DNA of 35,058 bases from a virus (IMGVR_UViG_3300035562_000025:1-35058), one strand, 5' to 3'. Positions 16,716 to 25,774 are shown, counted from the first letter of the stretch. Notes: generated by a model from the letters alone, not told the origin. Numbers and translations: made by a program.

Positions 16716-17267
16716 TTAGTCAATCACGCTGGCAAAATAGCGATTGGCGGTTTCCTCCAGGTCGGTGATATCGCTGTCGATAAGTTGCAGGAACGGACGC
16801 GCTGGCATCTTCACGGTATAGGCTCCGACCGTGGCACTCTGCACAAAATTACTGTTGCGCTTTTTGACGAACTGGCGACTGACACTGCCATTTTTGTACT
16901 GTTTGAAATAGAGGTTTTGGGTTTTGGCTGAGTGCTTAATCTCGCCGCCCTGGTTATGGATCCGCGCGTAACGTACATTGGTCCCGACCGTGGCGTCGTC
17001 ATTCGTCACGGCAGCGCGGATACTGGCTGCCAGTCGCCCAGACTTCTGGAGGATTTGGCCAGGACCACGCTGCTTAGCATAGGCCGGACTCCAGCCCATC
17101 CACTTAGGGCGGCCCTCGTGTTGGAAATTGGTTTCCACCGCGTCGAGCATTGTTCCAGCCAGCGCCGTCATCAGGTCACGCCGCTGGGTCGTTGAGCGAA
17201 TCAGTTTCCCCAGCGCGGTATTATACGCAGTCAGGTCGACTTTCAGATCAAGCTTGTCTTTGGCCAT
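16716..17267 (-). CDS. Virion morphogenesis protein (Mu gpG-like)
   Basis: NF..EGRP.W, IL..SGRL..SI, VGTN..YA.IH..GG and MPARPFL motifs. Confidence 0.92.
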   Translation of the reverse strand: MAKDKLDLKVDLTAYNTALGKLIRSTTQRRDLMTALAGTMLDAVETNFQHEGRPKWMGWSPAYAKQRGPGQILQKSGRLAASIRAAVTNDDATVGTNVRYARIHNQGGEIKHSAKTQNLYFKQYKNGSVSRQFVKKRNSNFVQSATVGAYTVKMPARPFLQLIDSDITDLEETANRYFASVID

Positions 17268-18430
17268 TATTCCTCCGGCGTGTCCTGTAGCGTCCAGTCA
17301 GTCAACGCGTCACCGTCGACCATGGCCACCGACCAGCGGTCGCCATATCGCAACGAATAGCGCCAGGTGCTGCCGTTTTGTGTCAACGTTTCCGCATTCT
17401 CGATGGTCTGCTGGATCAGGACGTAATCCGACAGCGCAGGCGGTGCCAGGCGTTCGGCCAATTGCTGCATCACCGGCGCGGTAAGATTGACGGTCTGACG
17501 TTCGGCGCCAGTGTGGCTGACCTGTGACGGTGACAACACGGCGAGCGGGTAACGCTGTGCATTGTCCAGCTGCGCGACATTCTTCACACCCTGCGCAAAA
17601 TCGGGACCGGTCAGGGAGCCGGTGACGTACTGACGCGCCGATGAATAATAATACTTTTCCAGTTCCGGCTGATACGCCACTTTGCCCGGGTTGAACCCGA
17701 ACCCTGGGTCGGCGGTGTAGACAGTACCGTCCGGCATAGTGAGGCCCATCGTCTTGATGGTCTTGCCAGGCTGGCCGTATTCCTGCTCCACCTCCACCAA
17801 GCGGCCCTCACTGCTCTGAACGTTGAGGCCATACTTGTCGACATCGGCCTGCGAACGGGCGCGGATACGGCAGCGGCAACCGTATCCATCAGGGGTGTAG
17901 AAGTATTCCCAGACCGGGTCGTCAGCGCGGGCCGTGAAGCCGTTCAGCGCGGCATGTCGTGGGCGGGTGTGGCTGTCCATCACGGCGACACGCTCAAGAT
18001 ACGGACGATCGGCCACGTTGGCCATCTGCTGGACGTAGCGGCCTGCGTTATAGCTGGACTGAATGTTGGTGTCGAAAATAGTCTGTAGCCGGCGCGGCGT
18101 TAACTGCTTCCCCTGGAGTTCGCCGGTCTCCGGGTCAGCAACCAGGCCTTTCCCCATCCAGCCCTTCGCCTCCAGTACCGGCTGCAGGTTGTTGACGAAC
18201 TCCCGATAGGTTCCCCCGTTCGCCAGGGAATCGGTCAGGCCGTTTCGGATATCGTTCAAAACGTCGAGTTTCAGAACGCCAGCCACGGTAAACGCCCGGG
18301 CATGGGCGACCGTTTGCACATCGTGCCAGTTGAAGCCGATGGCGTAGCCTTTGCCCTCGAAATAATTGATCGCTTCTTCCGGGGTAAGCCGGTAGGCGAA
18401 GCCCAGATCAACATCGTCAGCTGTCGGCAT
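17267..18430 (-). CDS. Head morphogenesis protein (Mu gpF-like)
   Basis: H.RAFTVAG, RL.TI..TN....Y.AGRY, D..TRP.H..L.G and GCRCR motifs. Confidence 0.92.
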   Translation of the reverse strand: MPTADDVDLGFAYRLTPEEAINYFEGKGYAIGFNWHDVQTVAHARAFTVAGVLKLDVLNDIRNGLTDSLANGGTYREFVNNLQPVLEAKGWMGKGLVADPETGELQGKQLTPRRLQTIFDTNIQSSYNAGRYVQQMANVADRPYLERVAVMDSHTRPRHAALNGFTARADDPVWEYFYTPDGYGCRCRIRARSQADVDKYGLNVQSSEGRLVEVEQEYGQPGKTIKTMGLTMPDGTVYTADPGFGFNPGKVAYQPELEKYYYSSARQYVTGSLTGPDFAQGVKNVAQLDNAQRYPLAVLSPSQVSHTGAERQTVNLTAPVMQQLAERLAPPALSDYVLIQQTIENAETLTQNGSTWRYSLRYGDRWSVAMVDGDALTDWTLQDTPEE

Positions 18431-20000
18431 TCAGTCGCCCCCAGACATCCGACACAAAAAGAGCCTGCTCCAGTAACTGGCGCAGCGCGGCATCCGGGAG
18501 CGTCGGCCAGGCTTGCGCCAGGATGTTCATCGCCTCATCCGCGCTTTGGCCCTGCTGGAGTGCGGCAACCAGCGGGGTCAGTAACGCCTGCATCCCCTGA
18601 TTTAGGTCGTCTGCGGGCAGGTCGGCGTGGTCGATGGCGTTCTGTGCGGGGTCGTCTTCCTCCGTCGCCTGGTTCAATGCGGCCAGACGCAGGCCCGCAC
18701 GAATACGGCTAAGGCTAGCGGTATTATCGATGACCGCAGGCAGCGCCAACACTGGCTCGCCGTCCTTCGGTGTGGGGATGCCGATTTTTTTGCGGACCCA
18801 CGATTGTGGGATGTCAGGCAGACGGACATCGTTCACCAGCGTGGCCAGCCCCGTCGCCCAGTCTTTAAACGCGATTTCTTCCTGGGTATCGAAGACAAAA
18901 CGCGGGAGGCGTCGCGCCCTGATATCTCCGTAGCCGTTCAGCGCAGCCATCATCTGGGTCATGCTGAGGAACATCCCCTCTAACTGACGGGCGTCGGCGG
19001 TCAGGATATCGTGGCGGACCTCGTTGTGGACGTTCCCCAGCGCGTTGGTCGAGGTCTTCCCATCGGCCTGGCTGGTCAGCGTACTGCCTAAAACCGCTTT
19101 GGATACGGTCCGCTCAGCCCAGTCAATCATGGACATAAACGTATCAGCACCACCACTGGCCGCTTCTTCGAACTTAATTTCATTCCCCTGGGGAATGGCG
19201 GCCACAGCCTCATGGCCGAGATGGACTAACGCCTGGAGAATTTCATCGCGGTCTTCGTCACTGGTCCCCTGGGCGTAGTAAGCAATACGGGCCGGGAGGC
19301 CGTAAATCTCCAGGAACTCCGCGAGATCGCGCAGCGCAAAGTTCTTGAACAGATACGGCCAGACCAGCACACGGAACAGTCCGGACGAGCCGATGAAGCC
19401 AGACCGGGCGTTATTGCGGTGAACCAGCCAGCCGAACGGCCACAACGCCGCGCCGCTTTTGCCGTCCTGATAGCTGCCATCGTCGAGACGAATTTCGTCG
19501 CCCTGGTCCGGCAAGGTGTTAAACCAATAGTGTGGGCGTTTGGTCAGTGACTCCGGCAGCCAGACTTTATCGACCAGCTCCCAGGCGATCTCCTGGCAAC
19601 TGAAGCCATAGCCGACAGCGCTCATGCCGTTGAGGATGACGTCTTCCATATTGGGGATCCCGCCCATCCAATCGGCCACGGCGGCGGTGAGGTTAAGCTC
19701 CTCAGCGGTGGCGTTCGGAGGCGGTTCGATTGACCAATCCAGGGTTAACAGCGCGTTGCGACGCTTCTCCATCTCGGCGAACAGATGGCCATCACGTTCT
19801 TCCATATCGCCAAACAGGCACGCCTGAGCGGAAAGACTGCCCTGTTCGGCGGCTTCCAGAATGCGCGGCAGGCGGCGAATATTCAGCCCGCGTGACGGGT
19901 GATCGGGATAAATGCGCAGGCGCTCCGCCACCTTAACGGTCTGCTCCGTCTTCAGGGCCTCGCGCTGTAACGGTTGCCCGTACATATCAACAATCGCCAT
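18417..20000 (-). CDS. Portal protein (Mu gp29, DUF935)
   Basis: HPS.GL, MEERD.HL, FLEIYGLP.R and SKA.LG.TLT...ALG.VH.EVR motifs. Confidence 0.94.
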   Translation of the reverse strand: MAIVDMYGQPLQREALKTEQTVKVAERLRIYPDHPSRGLNIRRLPRILEAAEQGSLSAQACLFGDMEERDGHLFAEMEKRRNALLTLDWSIEPPPNATAEELNLTAAVADWMGGIPNMEDVILNGMSAVGYGFSCQEIAWELVDKVWLPESLTKRPHYWFNTLPDQGDEIRLDDGSYQDGKSGAALWPFGWLVHRNNARSGFIGSSGLFRVLVWPYLFKNFALRDLAEFLEIYGLPARIAYYAQGTSDEDRDEILQALVHLGHEAVAAIPQGNEIKFEEAASGGADTFMSMIDWAERTVSKAVLGSTLTSQADGKTSTNALGNVHNEVRHDILTADARQLEGMFLSMTQMMAALNGYGDIRARRLPRFVFDTQEEIAFKDWATGLATLVNDVRLPDIPQSWVRKKIGIPTPKDGEPVLALPAVIDNTASLSRIRAGLRLAALNQATEEDDPAQNAIDHADLPADDLNQGMQALLTPLVAALQQGQSADEAMNILAQAWPTLPDAALRQLLEQALFVSDVWGRLNADS

Positions 20001-21643
20001 TACCAGGCACCTCCGGAACCAAAACGAGCATCACGATCACGCGAACCACCGCGGGGCGTGTGTACCTGAAATTTAGCACTGCGGGAGACGGCCAGCCTCC
20101 AGAGCATATCGAGACAGTCCGGGCCATCGTCGTGGTCTGCCTTCGGGTAGTGCCTGAGTTGGTCAATCAGGGTCTGGTGGGCCGGACTGACCCGGATCAG
20201 ACCGTTGACCATGTGCGGCTGTAACGACTCGATACGCAGGGCTTTATCTTCCAGCGGAATGACCGGCAGCGCCGGAACCGGGACGCCTAATTTGGCGGAA
20301 CGTTCAACTAACACGGTGCGTAAAAACTCCTGAAACTGGACCGCCTCAATGGACCAGCAAAGGCAGTGCCATTCGCGCTGGTACTTGATGGTGTCTTCAA
20401 TAATTTTATCGGGTAAACGGCGACGGATATCGGCTTCCACGACGTCAAGGATCCCGGTGTAGCGATTAAAGCCGCCGACCAAAATGGCGGACGGGTCGCG
20501 CTTCTTGTTCTTCTTGCCGAGGCTCGGGTCAACCGCGCCATAAAACACCCATTCAGGGAGCCGGTTCACCCAGAAATTAATACAGCCGACGAACAGCGCA
20601 TCTTCGCCGCTCACCGGGTCGTTCTGGTATTCGCTGTCGAAGGTGTCGTGACCATCACGAACGCGGATTTTCATCAAGGCCAGCAGCGGACGCGCCGCCC
20701 ATGAGACAATCGAGTCCTTCAGCATGGCGGCCTCGTTCTCGATGTAATAGCGTTCGGCTTCCTCCACCTGCTTATTGCGGATCAGTTCTTCCCACTCGTC
20801 CCACAGTTTCATATTTGCGGGCCACTGGATCACGGCCTTAAATCGGGCGGTCTTCCACATGGGGTTATCCAGCGTTCGGGAGAGAACGGAATCGTAGTGG
20901 AGGATGGTCCCGATGTAGACGATGTCGGTTTTTCCGCCTGCTTCGCCGAGCGGCATGACCGTCTTCGTTAGCCAACCGTGGAGTTTGTCGCGCTGCTCAT
21001 GGTTGCGGACCATCTCGTCGTTCTCGATATCGTCCAGGATAACCAGGTCAGGACGGTACGGACCATGACGTAGGCCGCGCAGCTTTTTACCGCTACCCGC
21101 GACCGTGACCTTGATATTGTTGGCGGTGACAATGGTCCCCATTCGCCAGACGCGCCCCTGGCCACACACCGCCGCGAAGTCGTTTTTTAAACGTGGGTTA
21201 AATTCCAGTTCCGCTTTGATGGCCTCCAGCATCGGGTACGCCTGGTCTATCGAGTCCATTATGATGACCGGGTAATGTTTGATGCTCCGGATAATGGTCC
21301 ACAGAACGAACAACTGGCTGACCAACGTTGATTTGGCTTCACCACGCGGGGCCGCTATGGCGTCGTTCTCGCCGTCAGGGCTGGCGATAATCTGCGGCAG
21401 TCGTTTGAATAAATACTTGTGCAGTTCGCTTTTTGCCGGGTTGCGGACGTAGTGCGGGAAATAAGTCTCGACAAAATAATCGTACCCCGTGACCGGGTCA
21501 GCCACGGCGGCGCAGCGTTTTTTTGTAGCTTCAGCATCTACCGCGAAACCCAGACACTCCGCCTCAATGGTCTGGCGGAGGTTAGCGATATACTCCTGTA
21601 ATTCCTTCTGAAATTCCTTTAGCGATATTTTCCGCTTGGCCAC
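20000..21643 (-). CDS. Terminase large subunit (Mu gp28-like)
   Basis: Walker A-like APRGEAKST, Walker B LVILDD.E, and nuclease motifs DPSLG and HDDGPD. GTG start after AGGTG, adjacent to the MTase stop. Confidence 0.93.
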   Translation of the reverse strand: MAKRKISLKEFQKELQEYIANLRQTIEAECLGFAVDAEATKKRCAAVADPVTGYDYFVETYFPHYVRNPAKSELHKYLFKRLPQIIASPDGENDAIAAPRGEAKSTLVSQLFVLWTIIRSIKHYPVIIMDSIDQAYPMLEAIKAELEFNPRLKNDFAAVCGQGRVWRMGTIVTANNIKVTVAGSGKKLRGLRHGPYRPDLVILDDIENDEMVRNHEQRDKLHGWLTKTVMPLGEAGGKTDIVYIGTILHYDSVLSRTLDNPMWKTARFKAVIQWPANMKLWDEWEELIRNKQVEEAERYYIENEAAMLKDSIVSWAARPLLALMKIRVRDGHDTFDSEYQNDPVSGEDALFVGCINFWVNRLPEWVFYGAVDPSLGKKNKKRDPSAILVGGFNRYTGILDVVEADIRRRLPDKIIEDTIKYQREWHCLCWSIEAVQFQEFLRTVLVERSAKLGVPVPALPVIPLEDKALRIESLQPHMVNGLIRVSPAHQTLIDQLRHYPKADHDDGPDCLDMLWRLAVSRSAKFQVHTPRGGSRDRDARFGSGGAW

Positions 21644-21644
21644 G

Positions 21645-22385
21645 TTACACCTGATCCTGTTCTGCCACGGCCTTCTCGATACGGGCGCAGGCAATATCAA
21701 AATATTGTTGTGAGAGTTCAATCCCGGTGAAGCTGTCGCCCCGGGCCAACACGGGGATGGCCGTCGACGCTGACCCCATAAAGGGATCCAGAACGTGCGC
21801 CCCTGGTGCCAAGGGTTTGATGAGCTGTTCCATGACTCGGACCGGTTTCGCCGTCATGTGGAGTTTCTCCGCCGGGTTGACCCGCTCAACGATAACGCCA
21901 GGGAACGGGCCACCGTGCTGGCACTGCTCCAGTTTGCCGAGGCTCCCCCAAACCACATACTCAGCCTGGTGGCGAAAATAACCGGTATGGGGAGCACGTG
22001 AGGAGAGTGTCTTGTCCCAGACGACGAGACCACGCCAGAGAACGCCACCGGCCTGAAGGGCATCGGTCAGCGTTGGCAGTTGTCGCCAGTCGGAAAAAAT
22101 CATGACGTAAGCGCCCGGACGGGCTAATCGGGTGGCCATACCGAGCCAGTGAGAGCACCAGAACGCCCAGCTGCGCTGGTCCCGGTTGTCGCCACTGAAC
22201 TCGGCGTGATTGTTATTACCGGTGTATTTTTCAGAAGGCGCTGCTGCCCGCTGGCCTTTGTGCAAGCCGCCGGAACTGTATGGCGGGTCAGTGATGACCG
22301 CATCAAACCCGGGGGCAAGCGTCGGCAATACCTCCAGAACGTCGCCGCAGTACAGCGTTGCATTTCCTATGGTTTGCTTTTGCAT
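21645..22385 (-). CDS. Amino (N6-A/N4-C) DNA methyltransferase, beta-class motif order
   Basis: Motif IV TDPPY near the N-terminus, H...KP, then motif I LDPFMGSAST and GIEL near the C-terminus. Confidence 0.92.
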   Translation of the reverse strand: MQKQTIGNATLYCGDVLEVLPTLAPGFDAVITDPPYSSGGLHKGQRAAAPSEKYTGNNNHAEFSGDNRDQRSWAFWCSHWLGMATRLARPGAYVMIFSDWRQLPTLTDALQAGGVLWRGLVVWDKTLSSRAPHTGYFRHQAEYVVWGSLGKLEQCQHGGPFPGVIVERVNPAEKLHMTAKPVRVMEQLIKPLAPGAHVLDPFMGSASTAIPVLARGDSFTGIELSQQYFDIACARIEKAVAEQDQV

Positions 22386-22470
22386 CTGCCCCCCTGGGCT
22401 GTTACACAAAAAAACTCACTGTGATAACGTCATAATCGGTTAAATCAATCTGTTAACAAGGAGCCATAAC

Positions 22471-22680
22471 GTGAGTGAAGTAAAATTGACCATCGACCAA
22501 AAAATTAAAATTGCCCGTATTGCCAATGATACGGTCTGCGCAGCGATAGCCAGCAAGCATCATCCGGATACCATACTCAGCCCCAAAGAGGGCATTATCA
22601 GGAGCTATGAGGAGCTGCTTACCCATACTTACCGGATGCTCATAGAGACGATCACTGATTCTGAACCTGGCAATAGCTGA
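22471..22680 (+). CDS. Hypothetical 69-aa protein, antisense to the late operon
   Basis: Strong AAGGAG 7 nt before GTG. AT-rich upstream region with CATAAT. Fills an otherwise empty gap. Confidence 0.7.
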   Translation: MSEVKLTIDQKIKIARIANDTVCAAIASKHHPDTILSPKEGIIRSYEELLTHTYRMLIETITDSEPGNS

Positions 22681-22861
22681 TCACACTTGCGGCATCCCTT
22701 GGGCCACATAGCATCTGCATCGCTAACCAAACAGACTCATCAAAGTAAATGCCGCTGTTTTTTTCTTCCTCGGTGATTACACCGAGGACAGCGTCACGAA
22801 TTTTTAACGCCAGTTGCGTTGTGTCAGCTGCCCGGTCGGTGTATTTGGTGATTTCTTCCAT
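22652..22861 (-). CDS. Hypothetical 69-aa protein
   Basis: GGAG before the ATG, directly after the small terminase stop. Confidence 0.65.
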   Translation of the reverse strand: MEEITKYTDRAADTTQLALKIRDAVLGVITEEEKNSGIYFDESVWLAMQMLCGPRDAASVISYCQVQNQ

Positions 22862-22875
22862 TATTTACTCCATCA

Positions 22876-23376
22876 TTAGCGGAACTCGTCTTCCAGTACG
22901 TTGGCGAACTGTTCCAGGACTTCGACGAATGGCACGTAAAGCGCCGGGTTTTTCTTATTGATAAAATCGCCCATCTTCTGAACCACCTCTAACGCAGTGG
23001 CCAGCCGGTCAGTCTCCGGCAAGATCTTCTTACTGGACGCAACGGCCTTGCTCAGGCTGTCTGACAGACTGGCCAACAACTCGACGGACTCTTTTGGCGG
23101 AATATCGGGATTTTGGTTTATCAGCTCCAGCGTTGCCTGGCACTTAATTACCAGACTGATCAACACGGTGCGGGCCATGCTCTCCAGACCATCCCCCGCC
23201 AACGTGTGAGCCACGCGCAACTTGTCCCAGTCGTCACCTTTTTTCGTGGCCTCCACCTTCCAGCGGCGCACCGTGTCAAACGGGACTCCGCACTTGAGCG
23301 AGACCATCTCCAGTGATAGCTGGTCAAAAATGTATCCTTTGCGGACTTTGTCCCGTGTGTCCTGTGGCCAGGCCAT
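22876..23376 (-). CDS. Terminase small subunit (DUF1804-like)
   Basis: MA.....R..VR..Y, HTH with T.RRWK, GDDWDK.R.A, LASL.DS..K and LPET..LA.A motifs. Confidence 0.85.
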   Translation of the reverse strand: MAWPQDTRDKVRKGYIFDQLSLEMVSLKCGVPFDTVRRWKVEATKKGDDWDKLRVAHTLAGDGLESMARTVLISLVIKCQATLELINQNPDIPPKESVELLASLSDSLSKAVASSKKILPETDRLATALEVVQKMGDFINKKNPALYVPFVEVLEQFANVLEDEFR

Positions 23377-23579
23377 TAGCGCTCCCTCTGAGCTTCCTCA
23401 ATCTTGCGTTGGACGTCGCTGGAGTATTCCCCGACGATGACCTCATTCCCGGTGTCTAATACGAGGGTGGTCCCGGCTCTGCCGTTGTAATCAACCCCAT
23501 AAAAATGGGTGATACGCTCAACCATGACGCGAACCGGCTCAGCGCTATATCCGTATGACTGAAAACTTACTACTGCCAT
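23376..23579 (-). CDS. Hypothetical 67-aa protein, possibly FlbD-like fold
   Basis: AAGGA before the ATG, and stop/start overlap with terS. Confidence 0.7.
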   Translation of the reverse strand: MAVVSFQSYGYSAEPVRVMVERITHFYGVDYNGRAGTTLVLDTGNEVIVGEYSSDVQRKIEEAQRER

Positions 23580-23583
23580 TTCA

Positions 23584-23907
23584 TCAATCCTTATTTAGCA
23601 AGCTGCACTCTGCTGGCTGAGGCAGCGGGCCAACCTGCACAATGCTGGCCATCCTGGAGGTTTCAATCTGCCGAATGAGCGCCTTATCGCAGTTACTCTG
23701 TCGGAGCAACTCCAGTAAGGCAGCACTCCAGAGCAGGGCCTCGCCATACGTCAAGTGTCCGGGCTTATCACTCGGTAATGGTGGTAGCCGGGCGGCTGTC
23801 AGGCTGGCTGGCAGCAGTGGGTAAGGCATTATTTCTGGCTCGACCGACGAGCTGCCACATCCGGACAGCAACATCGTCAGGCACAGGCTGATCAGCGCAC
23901 GGTTCAT
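23584..23907 (-). CDS. Outer-membrane spanin (Rz1-like lipoprotein)
   Basis: Signal peptide with lipobox LSGC, Pro-rich linker and LTYG...N.DK..IR motif. Overlaps the i-spanin 3' end by 140 bp. Confidence 0.85.
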   Translation of the reverse strand: MNRALISLCLTMLLSGCGSSSVEPEIMPYPLLPASLTAARLPPLPSDKPGHLTYGEALLWSAALLELLRQSNCDKALIRQIETSRMASIVQVGPLPQPAECSLLNKD

Positions 23908-24166
23908 GGATAATTTTTTCCCTGATCTCAATTCGTGTTTTCTCCTGTTCGGCGTTGCCTTGCTGGCTGTTCGCCAGCCCGCCCTGGCTGATTATCTGCT
24001 CCAGGAGGTTCTGACTTTGCTGCTGCCGGAGTTGCGTGGAGAGACGATCCCGCTCTTTGACCAGGCGAGCGACGGTGGCCTGCTCGTTCTGTAAGTCATT
24101 CCAGAGCGCCGCAACGGCACAAGAAAGGAGTGCTGCCGCAATCATCAGCCAGCCGGTTTTACTCAT
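23768..24166 (-). CDS. Inner-membrane spanin (Rz-like)
   Basis: N-terminal TM, coiled coil and CA...VPD.V motif. ATGA overlap with the endolysin stop. Confidence 0.85.
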   Translation of the reverse strand: MSKTGWLMIAAALLSCAVAALWNDLQNEQATVARLVKERDRLSTQLRQQQSQNLLEQIISQGGLANSQQGNAEQEKTRIEIREKIIHEPCADQPVPDDVAVRMWQLVGRARNNALPTAASQPDSRPATTITE

Positions 24167-24549
24167 GCGGGGTACGCCCGGTGCGGGAGCTGGAAATGTG
24201 GCCCATCTTTGAGGGTCGTCCAATTGCCTCCCCATTCAACGGGGATCCCAAGCTCTTTACTGGCGGCGCTGAAGGCATCAGCAATCTGGCGGTAATACGT
24301 CATATCCCAGCTACCTGCCGGTGTGGGGTAAGCAAAGACATCAACGGCGTGTCCCGTGATATGGCGGCTGTTCATGGTCTGGCTTTTCCCCTCGGCGACA
24401 AGCTGCTTCTGGCGCTCCACCGTGCGCAGCCCCTCGGTAATGCCAAAATCTACGGGTGATAACGCAAGCGCACGCCGAGCCACGTTGACCAGGTCAGGGT
24501 GGACACCTTTCAGGCGTTCTTCGCTGCGTTGGCTAAAGATAAATGTCAT
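24163..24549 (-). CDS. Endolysin, M15-family Zn peptidase (L-Ala-D-Glu type)
   Basis: L.GVHPDL, EGLRT..RQ, SRH.TGHAVD and WGG.W....DGPHFQL motifs. Confidence 0.93.
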   Translation of the reverse strand: MTFIFSQRSEERLKGVHPDLVNVARRALALSPVDFGITEGLRTVERQKQLVAEGKSQTMNSRHITGHAVDVFAYPTPAGSWDMTYYRQIADAFSAASKELGIPVEWGGNWTTLKDGPHFQLPHRAYPA

Positions 24550-24875
24550 TTTTTGTCCCCTTGCTGGTTGCCTGATAGACGACGATTTACGATGGTGGTG
24601 GCCAGATCCCGCAACGTGTCCGCCCCGATAAATCCGACGAAACCACCGACGAGTGATGCCCCGTTAGAGGGCAGGCCGAAATGCTCCATCAGACCGGAAA
24701 GGCTCATGCCGATAATTCCGCAGACAGCAGCGGTAGTGACAGTGTATTTTTTGGGTTTTCCATCTCGAATGCTCATCAGCGCTGACACTCCTACGGCAGA
24801 GAGACCGGCGTAGATAGCAGGGGCGTTCTCTGCAATCCATTTCATGGTGATTTCTAAGAATCCAGGGTTACTCAT
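24546..24875 (-). CDS. Holin (lambda S-like)
   Basis: Three hydrophobic segments, GG.VGFIG.D.LR motif and basic C-terminus. First gene of the lysis cassette. Confidence 0.88.
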   Translation of the reverse strand: MSNPGFLEITMKWIAENAPAIYAGLSAVGVSALMSIRDGKPKKYTVTTAAVCGIIGMSLSGLMEHFGLPSNGASLVGGFVGFIGADTLRDLATTIVNRRLSGNQQGDKK

Positions 24876-24940
24876 TGCGCACCCTCACAGCGGGTGTAAT
24901 GGTTCGTGATGATGGCGCTGGCCACCGCTAAGTGAGGTTA

Positions 24941-24985
24941 ATACTGGGGGAATTTAAGGGGTAAGGGCGTGTGATGGGGTTCAGC
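24941..24985 (-). promoter_or_regulatory. Putative late lysis promoter (Plys-like)
   Basis: GCTGA-ACCCCA-TCACA variant of the dyad, with CAGTAT at 24946-24941 in the same register. Confidence 0.68.
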
Positions 24986-24987
24986 AA

Positions 24988-25012
24988 CTCCCCCGGCATT
25001 GCGCCGAGGGAG
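24988..25012 (-). terminator. GC-rich hairpin ending the early/middle operon (weak U-tract)
   Basis: CTCCC-C-CGGC attgc GCCG-A-GGGAG, between the 25018 stop and the lysis promoter. Confidence 0.4.
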
Positions 25013-25017
25013 GACAA

Positions 25018-25296
25018 TCAGAATTTAACCAGGTCAGACAATGTTACGGTAGGTTTGTTGCAAAGTGGTGCGGCTTGGTTAGTGCGCTCTAATGCGGCCC
25101 GCATCTCACGGTCTGCCGCGATAATGTCGCTCATACTTTCATTGAGACGGGACAGATTGGCGTTTTCTTCCGGCTTTTCAGCCAACTTTCGCAGTTCGTT
25201 AGCCAGATTATTCATGTAGGCATAGCGGCGTCCTGCTGCATTTTTGGTTTGTTCTGCATAGGCGGTATATTCACCCAGCGCTGCGTAATTGGTCAT
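25018..25296 (-). CDS. Hypothetical helical protein (92 aa)
   Basis: AAGGTG before MTNYAALGEY, following the activator gene. Confidence 0.7.
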   Translation of the reverse strand: MTNYAALGEYTAYAEQTKNAAGRRYAYMNNLANELRKLAEKPEENANLSRLNESMSDIIAADREMRAALERTNQAAPLCNKPTVTLSDLVKF

Positions 25297-25306
25297 CTTT
25301 ATCACC

Positions 25307-25774
25307 TTATTCATCATCAAACAACCCGGACTGCCTGGGGCTGGGAGCATTTGTATGACCGCTAATCAGTTTCCAGCCTTGTCGATCACTGATACCGAAT
25401 TGCGGGCATAATACCGCCATTGCCTGGCGAATGGATAGTCCCTCTAACTGGCGCTCGGCCAGTGCGGCGACAAATCGCGCATTGCGTAATACACGCAGGG
25501 CGGTATCACAACGGGGAATATAAAACGGCGCACCGCCCAGGTAGGCAATCAATTTTTTACTTTCGTCATCGGACAAAACCTCACGTAACAACAGATGAAC
25601 ACCTCCCGAACGCTCCCGGGCGGCCCCACTTTTGGCCGACAATGTCACGCCACCAAAGCGGGTGACTAATCGGCTTGTTGCGGTGTAGCCCAGGATGCGG
25701 ATCAGTTCCTTGGCGGAGTCTGGCAAGAGAGCCTCAATCTGTGCCAACTCGTCATGATCCACTGTGATTTTCAT
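25307..25774 (-). CDS. Mor/C-family transcription activator
   Basis: LLP.S..ELI..LG..AT..LV..FGG, GG...YIPRC..ALR..RN and C-terminal HTH FGISDR..W. Confidence 0.88.
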   Translation of the reverse strand: MKITVDHDELAQIEALLPDSAKELIRILGYTATSRLVTRFGGVTLSAKSGAARERSGGVHLLLREVLSDDESKKLIAYLGGAPFYIPRCDTALRVLRNARFVAALAERQLEGLSIRQAMAVLCPQFGISDRQGWKLISGHTNAPSPRQSGLFDDE

